64,000 nt of DNA. It comes from Candidatus Latescibacterota bacterium (GTDB lineage Bacteria; Latescibacterota; UBA2968; UBA8231). Numbering within the stretch: the first letter of the stretch is position 1; each line of letters starts with the position of its first letter. Where the stretch lies: contig OZ253462.1 of the NCBI GenBank assembly GCA_965261395.1, forward strand, positions 5,728,001 to 5,792,000, written 5' to 3'. Below the pieces are notes generated by a model that worked only from the letters and a program-made list of their open reading frames with translations, did not search any database and was not told the origin of the DNA. This document shows, piece by piece, positions 9,670 through 18,941 of the stretch. The position numbers were made by a program, and so were the translations under genes.

Positions 9670-10194
9670 TTAAGTTCGATCTCGTTTCGAGAGCCTGAGT
9701 GCGAGCTGCGCGTAGCTCAAGCTGGAGACGACGACCAAGGCCGCTGCCACTAGGCCTAGTCCCGTGCGCAAGCTGGCTGGGGCCTCTATGATATAGCTAA
9801 GGGCCGTAAGTGCCATGCAGAGGGTCGTGTATTTGCCCCAGCGGTTGGCGGCAATGATCAGCCCCTGTGAACGCAAGAGCAACCCCCCCACCAGTACGAT
9901 TCCCAAATCGCGGACAAAGAGCATTCCCAACAGCCACAGCGGCAAATCGCGCCAGAGGACTAGACTGCCGAGTAGGCAGGCGAGGAAAATTTTATCGGCC
10001 AGTGGGTCGAGTATTTTGCCGAGGCGGGAGATTTGGTTGTAGCGCCGCGCCACCCAGCCGTCGCCGATGTCCGTGGCACCGGCAATGAGCAGCAGCAGCA
10101 CGGTTTGGAACTGGGCCGCCGGCCCTTGGGCGATGAAGTGAAGTAGGAAGGGGATGAGCAGAACCCGCAGGACACTGAGGAAGTTGGCCAACAT
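9670..10194 (-). CDS. pgsA: CDP-alcohol phosphatidyltransferase (PgsA-like)
   Basis: ANFLSVLR and DIGDGWVARRYNQISRLGKILDPLADK signature; start reset to ATG 10194. Confidence 0.88.
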   Translation of the reverse strand: MLANFLSVLRVLLIPFLLHFIAQGPAAQFQTVLLLLIAGATDIGDGWVARRYNQISRLGKILDPLADKIFLACLLGSLVLWRDLPLWLLGMLFVRDLGIVLVGGLLLRSQGLIIAANRWGKYTTLCMALTALSYIIEAPASLRTGLGLVAAALVVVSSLSYAQLALRLSKRDRT

Positions 10195-10201
10195 TGCCGG
10201 G

Positions 10202-11893
10202 CTATTGCAGCATTTCGCGGGCGTGTTGGCGCGCCGTATCTGAAATGGTCTCGCCGGCCAACAGATAGGCAATTTCTTCGGCTCGGGCCGTTGCGTCGAG
10301 TAGCACGACCTCGGTGGTGGTCCGCTGCTGCTCCTGCTGCTTGCGCACCGAAAAATGCCGGTCGGCGAGGCTGGCGATCTGCGGCAGGTGGGTGATGACG
10401 ATGGTTTGGTGCGCCGCGGAGAGGGACTGTAGCCTGCGGCCGACGGCCGCGGCGATGCGCCCTGAGATACCAGCATCGATTTCGTCGAAGACCAAGGTCG
10501 AAACGAGGTCGCGCCCGGCGACGGCTTCCTTGAGGGCCAGCATCACGCGCGAGATTTCCCCGCCCGAGGCAATCCGCGCTAAGGGTCGCGGGGGTTCACC
10601 GGCATTGGCGGAAATGTGGAAGGCGACGTGCTCCATGCCGTGCTCGCCAGCCGCGTAGCGACGCCCATCGCGCTCAACTGCCCCCTCTGGATCTTCGGCG
10701 GCTACCAGCTCGATGTAGAACTGGGCCTTGGCCATGCCCAACTCCCCAAGGGAAGCGACTAGCGACCGAGACAAGGTGGCGCTGGCCTGCTGGCGAGCCG
10801 CAGAAAGGGCTAGGCAACAGGCGGCAAACTCGGCGAGTGCTTGATCGCGGTGTTTAGCTGCGCGGACCAGCTCGTCGCGGAGGCGGCCAGCGCGGTCTTC
10901 TCGCACCGAAAGCTCGCGGGCGCGTTCTAAGACAGCGTCGAGGGTGCCGCCATATTTCTTTTTTAAAGCGCGCAGCCCGTCGCGGCGCTCGTGTAGCTCG
11001 TCGGCCCGCCCGGGGCGCACCTCGATTCTGCGGGCGTAGTCTCGCAGTTGGCCGGCTAGATCTTCGACTTCGTAGATAAGTTCCTCTAAGGCCGCGGCTT
11101 GGGGGCCGAGCGCAGGGTCGATTTCGCGGAGCCGGTCGAGCTGGCGTCGAACTTGGCCGAGTGCTTCGCAAACAGCCCCTTCGCGCTGATAGAGCAGGTC
11201 GTAGAGTTGGAGGCCGCCCTCGGATAGGGTCTCGGCGTTTTCGAGGACTTGCAACTCGCGTTCCAACTCGGGCTCTTCGCCCGGTTGGGGCGCGAGGCGA
11301 CGGATCTCTTCTAGCTGGAAGGCCCGTAGCGAGTCTTCGGCCGCGAGCCCGTCGCGCTCTGCGCGCAGCCGGTCGAGGTGGGCTGAGCTATCGCGGTAAA
11401 CTCGCCAGTGCTGTCCCACGAGGCGGCGCTGGTCGTCGAGGCCGGCAAACGCGTCGAGAAAGCGGGCGTGGAGCTTGGGGTCTAGCAGCGATTGGTGTTC
11501 GTGTTGGCCGTGCAGATCCACCAAGACCGAGCCGATTTGCTTTAGTTGCTTGATTGGCTGGCCTTGGCCATTGACAAAAGCCCGCGAGCGGCCTTGGCCG
11601 CGGATCTCGCGGCGGAGGATGAGTTGGCCGTCTTCTAGGGAAACGCCCAGATCGGCCAAGCGCGCGATTTGTTCTTTGTCGCCGAGTTCAAAAAAGCCCT
11701 CTACCGCGCACGAGCTGGCCCCTTTGCGCACCAACTCGGCGTTGACTGGGCCGCCGAGGATGGAGTTGAGGGCGCCGATGAGGATGGACTTGCCGGCCCC
11801 GGTCTCGCCGGTGACGACGTTGAGGCCGGGGCCGAATTCGATCACCGCTTCTTCGATGAGGGCAAAGTCTTTGATGTAGAGGCGAGTCAACAT
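10202..11893 (-). CDS. recN: DNA repair protein RecN
   Basis: GETGAGKS, HGQHEHQ, ASGGEISR, FDEIDAG, ITHLPQIA. Confidence 0.97.
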   Translation of the reverse strand: MLTRLYIKDFALIEEAVIEFGPGLNVVTGETGAGKSILIGALNSILGGPVNAELVRKGASSCAVEGFFELGDKEQIARLADLGVSLEDGQLILRREIRGQGRSRAFVNGQGQPIKQLKQIGSVLVDLHGQHEHQSLLDPKLHARFLDAFAGLDDQRRLVGQHWRVYRDSSAHLDRLRAERDGLAAEDSLRAFQLEEIRRLAPQPGEEPELERELQVLENAETLSEGGLQLYDLLYQREGAVCEALGQVRRQLDRLREIDPALGPQAAALEELIYEVEDLAGQLRDYARRIEVRPGRADELHERRDGLRALKKKYGGTLDAVLERARELSVREDRAGRLRDELVRAAKHRDQALAEFAACCLALSAARQQASATLSRSLVASLGELGMAKAQFYIELVAAEDPEGAVERDGRRYAAGEHGMEHVAFHISANAGEPPRPLARIASGGEISRVMLALKEAVAGRDLVSTLVFDEIDAGISGRIAAAVGRRLQSLSAAHQTIVITHLPQIASLADRHFSVRKQQEQQRTTTEVVLLDATARAEEIAYLLAGETISDTARQHAREMLQ

Positions 11894-11914
11894 CGGGCCG
11901 AGGCCGAGGAGCGG

Positions 11915-12145
11915 CTATTGGTCGTCTTCGTCGTCCAGAAAGGAGAGGCGGAACTGGCCCTCGGCGTCGGCGGTGAGGACTTGGACGCGCTCGCGGGTCT
12001 GGTCGAGCCACTGGCCACAGGTGCGCGAGGCGGCGACGCCTTTTTCAAATACTTCGAGGGCCTCTTCGAGTTTGAGCTCGCCCGCTTCGAGGCGCTGGAC
12101 GCTCTCTTCGAGCACGGCTAGGGATTCTTCAAAAGACTCACTCAT
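11915..12145 (-). CDS. xseB: Exodeoxyribonuclease VII small subunit
   Basis: SFEESL...LEAGELKLEEAL..FEKG; adjacent to xseA. Confidence 0.95.
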   Translation of the reverse strand: MSESFEESLAVLEESVQRLEAGELKLEEALEVFEKGVAASRTCGQWLDQTRERVQVLTADAEGQFRLSFLDDEDDQ

Positions 12146-13382
12146 CGAGTTTCTCCTCTACACAGCAGATGGCGCCTCCGCGGCGAAAGCGCAGTTGCAG
12201 TTTATCGCCCGGCTGAAGCTGGTTGCTGTCGCGGACGAGGTGTTTGTTGGCGACGTGTTCCACTAGGGAAAAACCGCGCGCTAGGCTCGTGAGCGGGCTG
12301 AGGTCGTCGAGGCGGGTGGCGGCGTTGGCTAGGGCCTCGACCCGAGTGCGCAAAAACCAATCGAGGGCGGTAGAAAGGGCTTGGCGTCGCTCGTCGAGGT
12401 ATAGGCTTTGCTGTTGCAAGCGGTCGTCGAGGCGTGCGCGCAGACGGCTCGGGTCGCAGTGGCGCAACCGCTCTTCTAAGGAGCTGAGGTGGCGCTCCAT
12501 TTCCGCTAGCAACCGGCCTTGTTGCCCAGCGACTCGCTCGCGCAGAGCACTGCGTTCACGGGCGACCATTTCGGCCGCGGCCGAGGGGGTGGGGGCACGA
12601 CAGTCGGCCACATAATCGGCGATGGTGTAATCGATCTCGTGGCCGACGGCGGAGATGACGGGCTGGGGAGACTGATAGATGGCCCGGGCGACGGATTCGT
12701 CGTTGAAGGGCCAGAGGTCTTCTGGAGCACCACCGCCGCGGCCGACGATCAACACGTCGATGTCGTCTAGCTGATTCAAGCTAGCGATGGCCCTGGCGAT
12801 TTCAACCGCTGCACCCTCGCCTTGGACCCGAGCGGGGCAGAGGACGATCTCGATATCCGGGGCGCGGCGGTCGAGGATTTGAATGATGTCGCGGATGGCC
12901 GTGCCGGTCGGCGAGGTCACCACGCCGATTTTGCGGGGATACGGAGGCAGGGGTCGCTTGCGGTTTTCGGCAAAAAGCCCTTCAGCCGCTAGGCGGTTTT
13001 TGAGCTGCTCAAAGGCGATGGCTAACTCGCCGACGCCAGCGGGTTTGATCTGCTCGGCGTAGAGCTGGTACTTCCCCCCGCGCTCGAAGACGGAGATATT
13101 TCCGTACACCTGCACCTGCATGCCCTGTTGGGGGGTGAAGGAGAGCGAGCCGGCCTGCCATTTGAACATCACCGCGCTTAGCTGGCTCGCGTTGTCTTTG
13201 AGCGTGAAATAGCGATGGCCAGAGCTGTGGTGGTTGTACTGGGAAATCTCGCCCTCGACCCAGCACTTGGGCAAGTTCTCCTCGAGTAGGCCCTTGACTT
13301 GGCTGGTGATTTCGGAGACTGAGTAAGGCCGGTGGGCTAAGTCTTCGGCATCGGTCCAGAAGACCGGCTCTCGAAAGGACAT
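12138..13382 (-). CDS. xseA: Exodeoxyribonuclease VII large subunit
   Basis: WVEGEIS, GHRYFTLKD, RGGG, SAVGHEID, PTPSAAAE; start ATG 13382 with GGAG RBS. Confidence 0.97.
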   Translation of the reverse strand: MSFREPVFWTDAEDLAHRPYSVSEITSQVKGLLEENLPKCWVEGEISQYNHHSSGHRYFTLKDNASQLSAVMFKWQAGSLSFTPQQGMQVQVYGNISVFERGGKYQLYAEQIKPAGVGELAIAFEQLKNRLAAEGLFAENRKRPLPPYPRKIGVVTSPTGTAIRDIIQILDRRAPDIEIVLCPARVQGEGAAVEIARAIASLNQLDDIDVLIVGRGGGAPEDLWPFNDESVARAIYQSPQPVISAVGHEIDYTIADYVADCRAPTPSAAAEMVARERSALRERVAGQQGRLLAEMERHLSSLEERLRHCDPSRLRARLDDRLQQQSLYLDERRQALSTALDWFLRTRVEALANAATRLDDLSPLTSLARGFSLVEHVANKHLVRDSNQLQPGDKLQLRFRRGGAICCVEEKLDE

Positions 13383-13448
13383 AAGTGCTCCAGTTGGGGA
13401 AGCGGAAGCCGATTGAAGCAAACAGGATAGGCCGCTGAAGAGGCGAGG

Positions 13449-14231
13449 TCAAGACTCCGCTAGCTGCAGTCGCTCGATCCGGGTGGCCCGGCCGCTTGCT
13501 TCGTCGGCCTCGACGAGCGCGCCGCAGAGGGTTGCCTTGCCGTCAGCGGGCTTGAAGCGGGTCGGCACTTGGGTGAGGAAGCGTTGGATGGCCATTTCGG
13601 GACGCACGCCAATCACGGACTCGCGGACACCGGTCATGCCGGCGTCGGTCAGGTACGCCGTGCCTTTGGGCAGGATGCGCTCATCGGCGGTTTGCACATG
13701 GGTGTGGGTGCCGATGACCGCGGTGGCCAGCCCGTCGAGGTGAAAGCCCATGGCCACTTTCTCGGCCGTGGCTTCGGCGTGGAAATCCACAAAAATAAGA
13801 GGTGTCTCCGCGCGCAGTCGCTCGATCTCGGCGCGGCCTGTGCGGAAGGGGCAATCGATGGTGGGCATACTGGTGCGCCCTTGGAGGCAGAGCACGGCCA
13901 CCGGGGAGCCGCCCCGCGCGGTGACGATGGTCGCACCCGTGCCAGGGGCATCTTGGGGGTAGTTGAAGGGGCGCAGGACGCGGTCTGACAAGTCTAGGTA
14001 CGGGATGAACTCGCGGCGGTCCCAGATGTGATTGCCGCTGGTGATGATGTCGGCGCCATAGCTGTGCAGCTTGTGCGCGATGCGGTCGGTGAGGCCAAAC
14101 CCCCCGGCGGCATTTTCGCCGTTGACGATTACCAAAGAGACATCGCGCTTTTGCACCAACTCAGGAATCAAGGCCGCGGCGACCCGGCGACCCGGCTGGG
14201 CAAAGATATCGGCGACGAAGAGAATGTTCAC
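13449..14231 (-). CDS. ymdB: YmdB/TIGR00282-family metallophosphoesterase
   Basis: NGENAAGG, SGNH, DFHAEAT, GTHTHV, TDAGMTG; follows rny. Confidence 0.95.
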   Translation of the reverse strand: MNILFVADIFAQPGRRVAAALIPELVQKRDVSLVIVNGENAAGGFGLTDRIAHKLHSYGADIITSGNHIWDRREFIPYLDLSDRVLRPFNYPQDAPGTGATIVTARGGSPVAVLCLQGRTSMPTIDCPFRTGRAEIERLRAETPLIFVDFHAEATAEKVAMGFHLDGLATAVIGTHTHVQTADERILPKGTAYLTDAGMTGVRESVIGVRPEMAIQRFLTQVPTRFKPADGKATLCGALVEADEASGRATRIERLQLAES

Positions 14232-15802
14232 CGCGCGGAGGACTCGGCGCGCATCTCGCGGATGATACAGACGCGCAACTGCCCGGGGTATTCGAGTTGT
14301 TGCTCGAGCTTGCTGGTGATTTCGTCGGCGAGTTGTTCGGCATACGTGTCGTCCACCACCCCGCTATCGACTAAGACCCGAACCTCCTTGCCGTTTTGCA
14401 GGGCAAAAGCTTGCTTCACTCCCACGTAGTCAGCCGCGAGCTCCTCGATGTAATGCAAGCGGCGGATGTACTCCTCGACTTTTTCTTTGCGGGCACCTGG
14501 GCGGTGGGTGGAGATTTCGTTGGCAGCTTCGACTAGTACGGCAATGGCCGAGCGCGAGGGCGTGTGCTTGCTGTGGGTTTCGATGATCTGCACGACTTCA
14601 GGGCTTTCGCCGCACTTGCGGGTCAGTACGGCGCTGCTTTGCGCTGGGTCGTTGCCCAACTCGAAGTCCTGTGCCTTGCCTATGTCGTGCAAGAGACCGG
14701 CGCGGCGGGCCAGTGCTATATCGAGGTTGAGCATCTCGGCCATCATGCCGGCCAAAAACCCGACTTCCTTGCTGTGGACCAGCAAGTTTTGGCCGTAGCT
14801 GGTGCGGAAGCGGAGCTTGCCCAGAGTCTCCAATAGCGGCTCAGTCAAGTCGTGAATGCCGAGGTCGAAGGCGGCTTTGGAGCCGGACTCGCGGATCATC
14901 TCCTCGACGGTGCTACGGGACTTGTCGTACACTTCCTCAATGCGGCCGGGGTGGATGCGGCCGTCGCGGATGAGCGTTTCGAGAGTGTGTCTGGCCACCT
15001 CGCGGCGCAGTGGATCAAAGCCCGAGAGCATGACCATGCCAGGGGTATCATCGACGATGACTTCGACACCGGTGATCATTTCAAAGGAGCGGATGTTGCG
15101 GCCATCGCGACCGATGATGCGCCCCTTCATGTCGTCGAAGGGGATGGGCAGCACCGAAAGCGTACTCTCGACGGTCAGTTCACCAGCGAAGCGCTGGATG
15201 GAGCGGGTGATAATTTCCTTGGCCTCTAGGTTGGCCGTGGCCATCGCGGTGTCTTTGATCTCGTGGACCTTGCGGGCGGCGACTTGACGCGCGCCCTCCT
15301 CTAGCTGATCAACGAGCATGCGCCGGGCCTCTTGCTGGCTAATGCCGGCTAGGTCTTCCAGCAGCCGACTCTGCTCGAGGACGAGGGCCTGCACTCGCTT
15401 CTCGGCTGTAGTTATGGCCGCCTCGCGGTGGTCGAGGTCCTGCTCGTTCTTGAGCTGTTCGCGCTCCTTGCTGGTGAGCAGGTCTATTTTGCGCTCTAGT
15501 TGCTGTTCGCGCTCTAGCAGCTTGGCCGCGAGGTCGCGCAGCGAGCGCCGCTGCGTCTCTTGCTCCTTTTCCAGCGGGGCGCGCTCGCTGTGCCATTCGT
15601 CTCTCGCTTCTAGCAAAGCGTTTTTTTTCAGTACCTCGGCTTCTTGGTGAGCGCGGGCGACGATCTGATCGGCGGTGACTTGGGTGCTGCGCAGTCTGCT
15701 GTTGCGCGTCCGCTCACTCCCTAGCCAGCCGAGGAGACAGCCGCCGGCGAAAAAGGCGAAGGCAGAACAGATTAGGACTATATAGTCAAACCCATTAAAC
15801 AT
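14228..15802 (-). CDS. rny: Ribonuclease Y (partly degenerate HD domain)
   Basis: N-terminal TM helix, coiled coil, KH motif MKGRIIGRDGRNIR, LLHDIGK, RPGAR, YPGQ. Confidence 0.93.
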   Translation of the reverse strand: MFNGFDYIVLICSAFAFFAGGCLLGWLGSERTRNSRLRSTQVTADQIVARAHQEAEVLKKNALLEARDEWHSERAPLEKEQETQRRSLRDLAAKLLEREQQLERKIDLLTSKEREQLKNEQDLDHREAAITTAEKRVQALVLEQSRLLEDLAGISQQEARRMLVDQLEEGARQVAARKVHEIKDTAMATANLEAKEIITRSIQRFAGELTVESTLSVLPIPFDDMKGRIIGRDGRNIRSFEMITGVEVIVDDTPGMVMLSGFDPLRREVARHTLETLIRDGRIHPGRIEEVYDKSRSTVEEMIRESGSKAAFDLGIHDLTEPLLETLGKLRFRTSYGQNLLVHSKEVGFLAGMMAEMLNLDIALARRAGLLHDIGKAQDFELGNDPAQSSAVLTRKCGESPEVVQIIETHSKHTPSRSAIAVLVEAANEISTHRPGARKEKVEEYIRRLHYIEELAADYVGVKQAFALQNGKEVRVLVDSGVVDDTYAEQLADEITSKLEQQLEYPGQLRVCIIREMRAESSAR

Positions 15803-15882
15803 GGGTATCTCTTTCTCATTGGTCTCGACGCCCTTCGGGCATCGGGCCAGAGCACGGGGCGAACCCGGCTTAGAATACTGCT

Positions 15883-16197
15883 TCAGCTATCGGAACGGGG
15901 AACTTCCACTTCGGCGAAAAGATGCCCAAGCGAGGTGGCGAGCTGGGAAGTCCGCAAGGCGATATCGGCTTCGGCGGAAGCGTAGTCCTCCCGCAGGGAT
16001 AGGATTTCCTCCACCAAGCTCAGACTAGCCAAGATGGCCACTTGGAGCGGGGAGCCGCCTTTGACCTCACGCTTGATCTCGTGCATGCGCTCGTCCACCA
16101 TCTCGGCGAGCTTTTGCACGTGTTCGGCAGAGTGATCTTGATCGACTCCTAGGGTATAGTGCTTGTCGAATATTTTGACCACTACTTGGGACGACAT
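15883..16197 (-). CDS. zapA: Cell division protein ZapA
   Basis: VKIFDKHY...LAEMVDERM...VAILASL; pheT-zapB-zapA-rny synteny. Confidence 0.88.
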   Translation of the reverse strand: MSSQVVVKIFDKHYTLGVDQDHSAEHVQKLAEMVDERMHEIKREVKGGSPLQVAILASLSLVEEILSLREDYASAEADIALRTSQLATSLGHLFAEVEVPRSDS

Positions 16198-16211
16198 GCT
16201 AGACCCCTTTC

Positions 16212-16517
16212 TCAGACGGCTTGGTCCTGTTCGACCTGTTCGTTTTCACTGCTGACGATGCTGTCCAAGCGGCTGAGAAGCTGTTCGATGCGTCCCTTTA
16301 CCGCTTCTTGGTCCTGTTTGAACTGTTCGTTTTCACTGCTGGAGGCGCTGATTTTTTCTTTGAGGCTCTGGATATCTGCCTGCAGGGTATCATTTTTTTC
16401 TTTGAGGCTCTGGATCTGCCCATTCAGCTCGTCGTTTTCCTTGCGGAGCGTTTCGAGTACTCCCGTCAGGCGGTTGATGTGGTGTTCAAGGCGTGCAAAA
16501 TTTTCGTTTACATCCAT
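16212..16517 (-). CDS. zapB: ZapB-like coiled-coil protein
   Basis: Heptad-rich, RIEQLLSRL C-terminus, immediately upstream of zapA. Confidence 0.7.
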   Translation of the reverse strand: MDVNENFARLEHHINRLTGVLETLRKENDELNGQIQSLKEKNDTLQADIQSLKEKISASSSENEQFKQDQEAVKGRIEQLLSRLDSIVSSENEQVEQDQAV

Positions 16518-16545
16518 TGGGGTGGCTTCCTGATTGGGGTTGGGA

Positions 16546-18924
16546 TTAGCGCAAACGAGCGCCGAACCGCGCTTCGAGGCTCTTGAGCATCGAGGAGATA
16601 GCCGCGTCGGCCTGAGCGTCCTGCAACGTCTGGTCGCGATCGCGCAGACGGATGGCGAAAGCCACGCTCTTGTGGCCTTTTTCTATTTGATCCCCTTGAT
16701 AGAGGTCAAAAACCTCGATGGATTCGACGAGGCGGGGGGCGCTATTTCTCATGGTGGCGATGAGCTCGGCGGTTGCAGTGTCCGCGCGTACGACTACGGC
16801 TAAGTCGCGCTCGATCGGCGGAAATTTGGGGAGCGCGGAAAACGAGCGCTCCCGACCGTGCCAATGGCGCACTAACGCGGTGAACGATATTTCAAAAATA
16901 TGTACTTGGCGCTCTAAATCAAATGCCGCGCACAAGCTAGCTGAAACTTGGCCCAACCAGCCGAGGGGCTGGCCACCGAGGGAGACGCAGGCCGCGTGTC
17001 CCGAGCGGCATTCGGGGCGGTCGGCGGGAGTAAAGCTCAGGTCCCCCTCGCCTACTAGCGCTTCGAGCAAGCCCTTGAGGTCGAAGAAGTCGGCCTCGCG
17101 GGTGTCAGCCTGATAGGGAGATGCTGAGACGCGTCCCGACCACAGAGCTGCGAGATGCCAGCTTTCCTCGGGTCTCGCGTCCTTTTCAGCACCGGCGACA
17201 AAGCACTTGCCCAGCTCGAAAATGGCCACCCCCGCGGCTCGCTGGTTGAAGTTGCGACACGCCACATCCAAGAGGCTCGGCACCAAGGTAGTGCGCAAGG
17301 CGTCTTGGATGTCGGTCGGCGGGTTAGCCAAGCGGGCGGCTTGGTCTGCGGCATTGACTAGCTCGAGCCAGCGGGATTCGACGATCGTATTACTGACGAC
17401 TTCGTCCAAACCCAAGCCCAAGAGCCGCTGCCGAGCAACCTGCCTAAAGGTGTGCTCGGGGTCGCGTCGGGTGATCCAAGGACCAGATGCCTCCTGACGG
17501 CCCTCGATGCGGTCGAAGCCGTAGATGCGGCCGACCTCTTCGATGAGGTCGGCTGGGCGCTCCAGATCGGGGCGGAAGCTCGGGGCCATTACCACGAGGG
17601 GGTGCCCCGGCTCGACCCGGCAGCCGAGACGCTCGAGAATCTGGACGATAGCGGTGGAGTCTAACTTTGTAGCTAAGAGCTGGTTGGTGCGATCGACGCA
17701 GAGCGGGATTTGGCGGCATTGGCCGGGGCGAGGGTACACGTCTAAAGGATCTGGGGCGACCACGCCGCCGGCCAGTTCGGCGATTAGGCGAGCGGCGCGG
17801 TCAATCGCCTGCACCGGGGCATCCCAATCTGCACCGCGCTCAAAGCGCGTGGCCGCCTCGGTAAAAAGCCCTAGGCGAGACCGGGCCAACCGCACCCGGG
17901 ACGGTGCGAAATAAGCGCTTTCGAGTAGGATGTCAGTGGTGTCCGCCGATACCTGGGAATGGGCCCCACCCATGATCCCGGCTAGTGCTTGGGGCCGCGT
18001 CCCATCGGCGATGACCAGCATCTCTTCGTCGAGTTGGCACTGGGTGCCGTCGAGAGTTTCCAATATCTCGCCGGAGCGCGCCCGGCGGACGAGGATGCGT
18101 TGCTGGTCCAGTGTGTGTAGGTCGAAAGCGTGCAGAGGATGCCCCAATTCCAGCAACACGTAGTTGGTGATATCGACGATGTTGTTGATGGGGCGCTGAC
18201 CCACGGCTTGGAGTCGGCGCTGGAGCCACTGAGGCGAAGGGCTAACCTCGACACCGCGCACGACGCGGCCGACGTAACGCGGACAATCGTCCGGTGCCTC
18301 GATGTCGATCCGCACGTCTTCCGCTGTGGCCGGTCCGCTTTCAGGCACCTGTAAGTTGGGAAAACGGAGGGAGTTGCCGGTGAGCGCGTGGACCTCGCGG
18401 GCAATGCCCAAGAGGCTCAGGCAGTCCGGGCGATTGGGCGTAACCTCGAAGTCGATGACCACGTCGCCGAGCCCCGTAGCTGCGGCAAAGGGGGTGCCGA
18501 CCGGGAGGTCCTCGTCGAGCACCACAATGCCGTCGTGGTTATCGCTTAGCCCGAGCTCGTCTTCGGCACAGAGCATGCCCTCGGATGCGACGCCGCGGAT
18601 TTTGGCTTTTTTGATCTGCATGCCCCCGGGCAGCGTGGTGCCGGGTAGGGCGACGGCGACGGTTTGCCCGGCCGCGACATTGGGTGCCCCGCAGACGATG
18701 GTGTTGACCCCGGTCCCGACATCGACTTGGCAGACGGTCAAGCGATCGGCGTTTTCGTGTGAGCGACAGGTGTTGACGCGGCCGATGACAACGCCCTCGT
18801 AGCGCGCGCCGAGATCCTCGACGCCCTCGAATGCCAAGCCCGCCATGGTCAGGCGCTCGGCTAGCTCGGGCCAATCCCAGGGGAAGTCCACGTATTCCTT
18901 GAGCCAATTGTACGTGATTTTCAT
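16546..18924 (-). CDS. pheT: Phenylalanine--tRNA ligase beta subunit
   Basis: MKITYNWLKEYV, IVCGAPNV, TPNRPDCLS, RFERG, FDX-ACB C-terminus; start reset to ATG 18924. Confidence 0.98.
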   Translation of the reverse strand: MKITYNWLKEYVDFPWDWPELAERLTMAGLAFEGVEDLGARYEGVVIGRVNTCRSHENADRLTVCQVDVGTGVNTIVCGAPNVAAGQTVAVALPGTTLPGGMQIKKAKIRGVASEGMLCAEDELGLSDNHDGIVVLDEDLPVGTPFAAATGLGDVVIDFEVTPNRPDCLSLLGIAREVHALTGNSLRFPNLQVPESGPATAEDVRIDIEAPDDCPRYVGRVVRGVEVSPSPQWLQRRLQAVGQRPINNIVDITNYVLLELGHPLHAFDLHTLDQQRILVRRARSGEILETLDGTQCQLDEEMLVIADGTRPQALAGIMGGAHSQVSADTTDILLESAYFAPSRVRLARSRLGLFTEAATRFERGADWDAPVQAIDRAARLIAELAGGVVAPDPLDVYPRPGQCRQIPLCVDRTNQLLATKLDSTAIVQILERLGCRVEPGHPLVVMAPSFRPDLERPADLIEEVGRIYGFDRIEGRQEASGPWITRRDPEHTFRQVARQRLLGLGLDEVVSNTIVESRWLELVNAADQAARLANPPTDIQDALRTTLVPSLLDVACRNFNQRAAGVAIFELGKCFVAGAEKDARPEESWHLAALWSGRVSASPYQADTREADFFDLKGLLEALVGEGDLSFTPADRPECRSGHAACVSLGGQPLGWLGQVSASLCAAFDLERQVHIFEISFTALVRHWHGRERSFSALPKFPPIERDLAVVVRADTATAELIATMRNSAPRLVESIEVFDLYQGDQIEKGHKSVAFAIRLRDRDQTLQDAQADAAISSMLKSLEARFGARLR

Positions 18925-18941
18925 AAGGCGTTGCCGAGACC

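Noticed and set aside
15803-15882. 6S RNA downstream of zapA
   Set aside because: Only about 80 bp between zapA and rny, with one small hairpin; too short.
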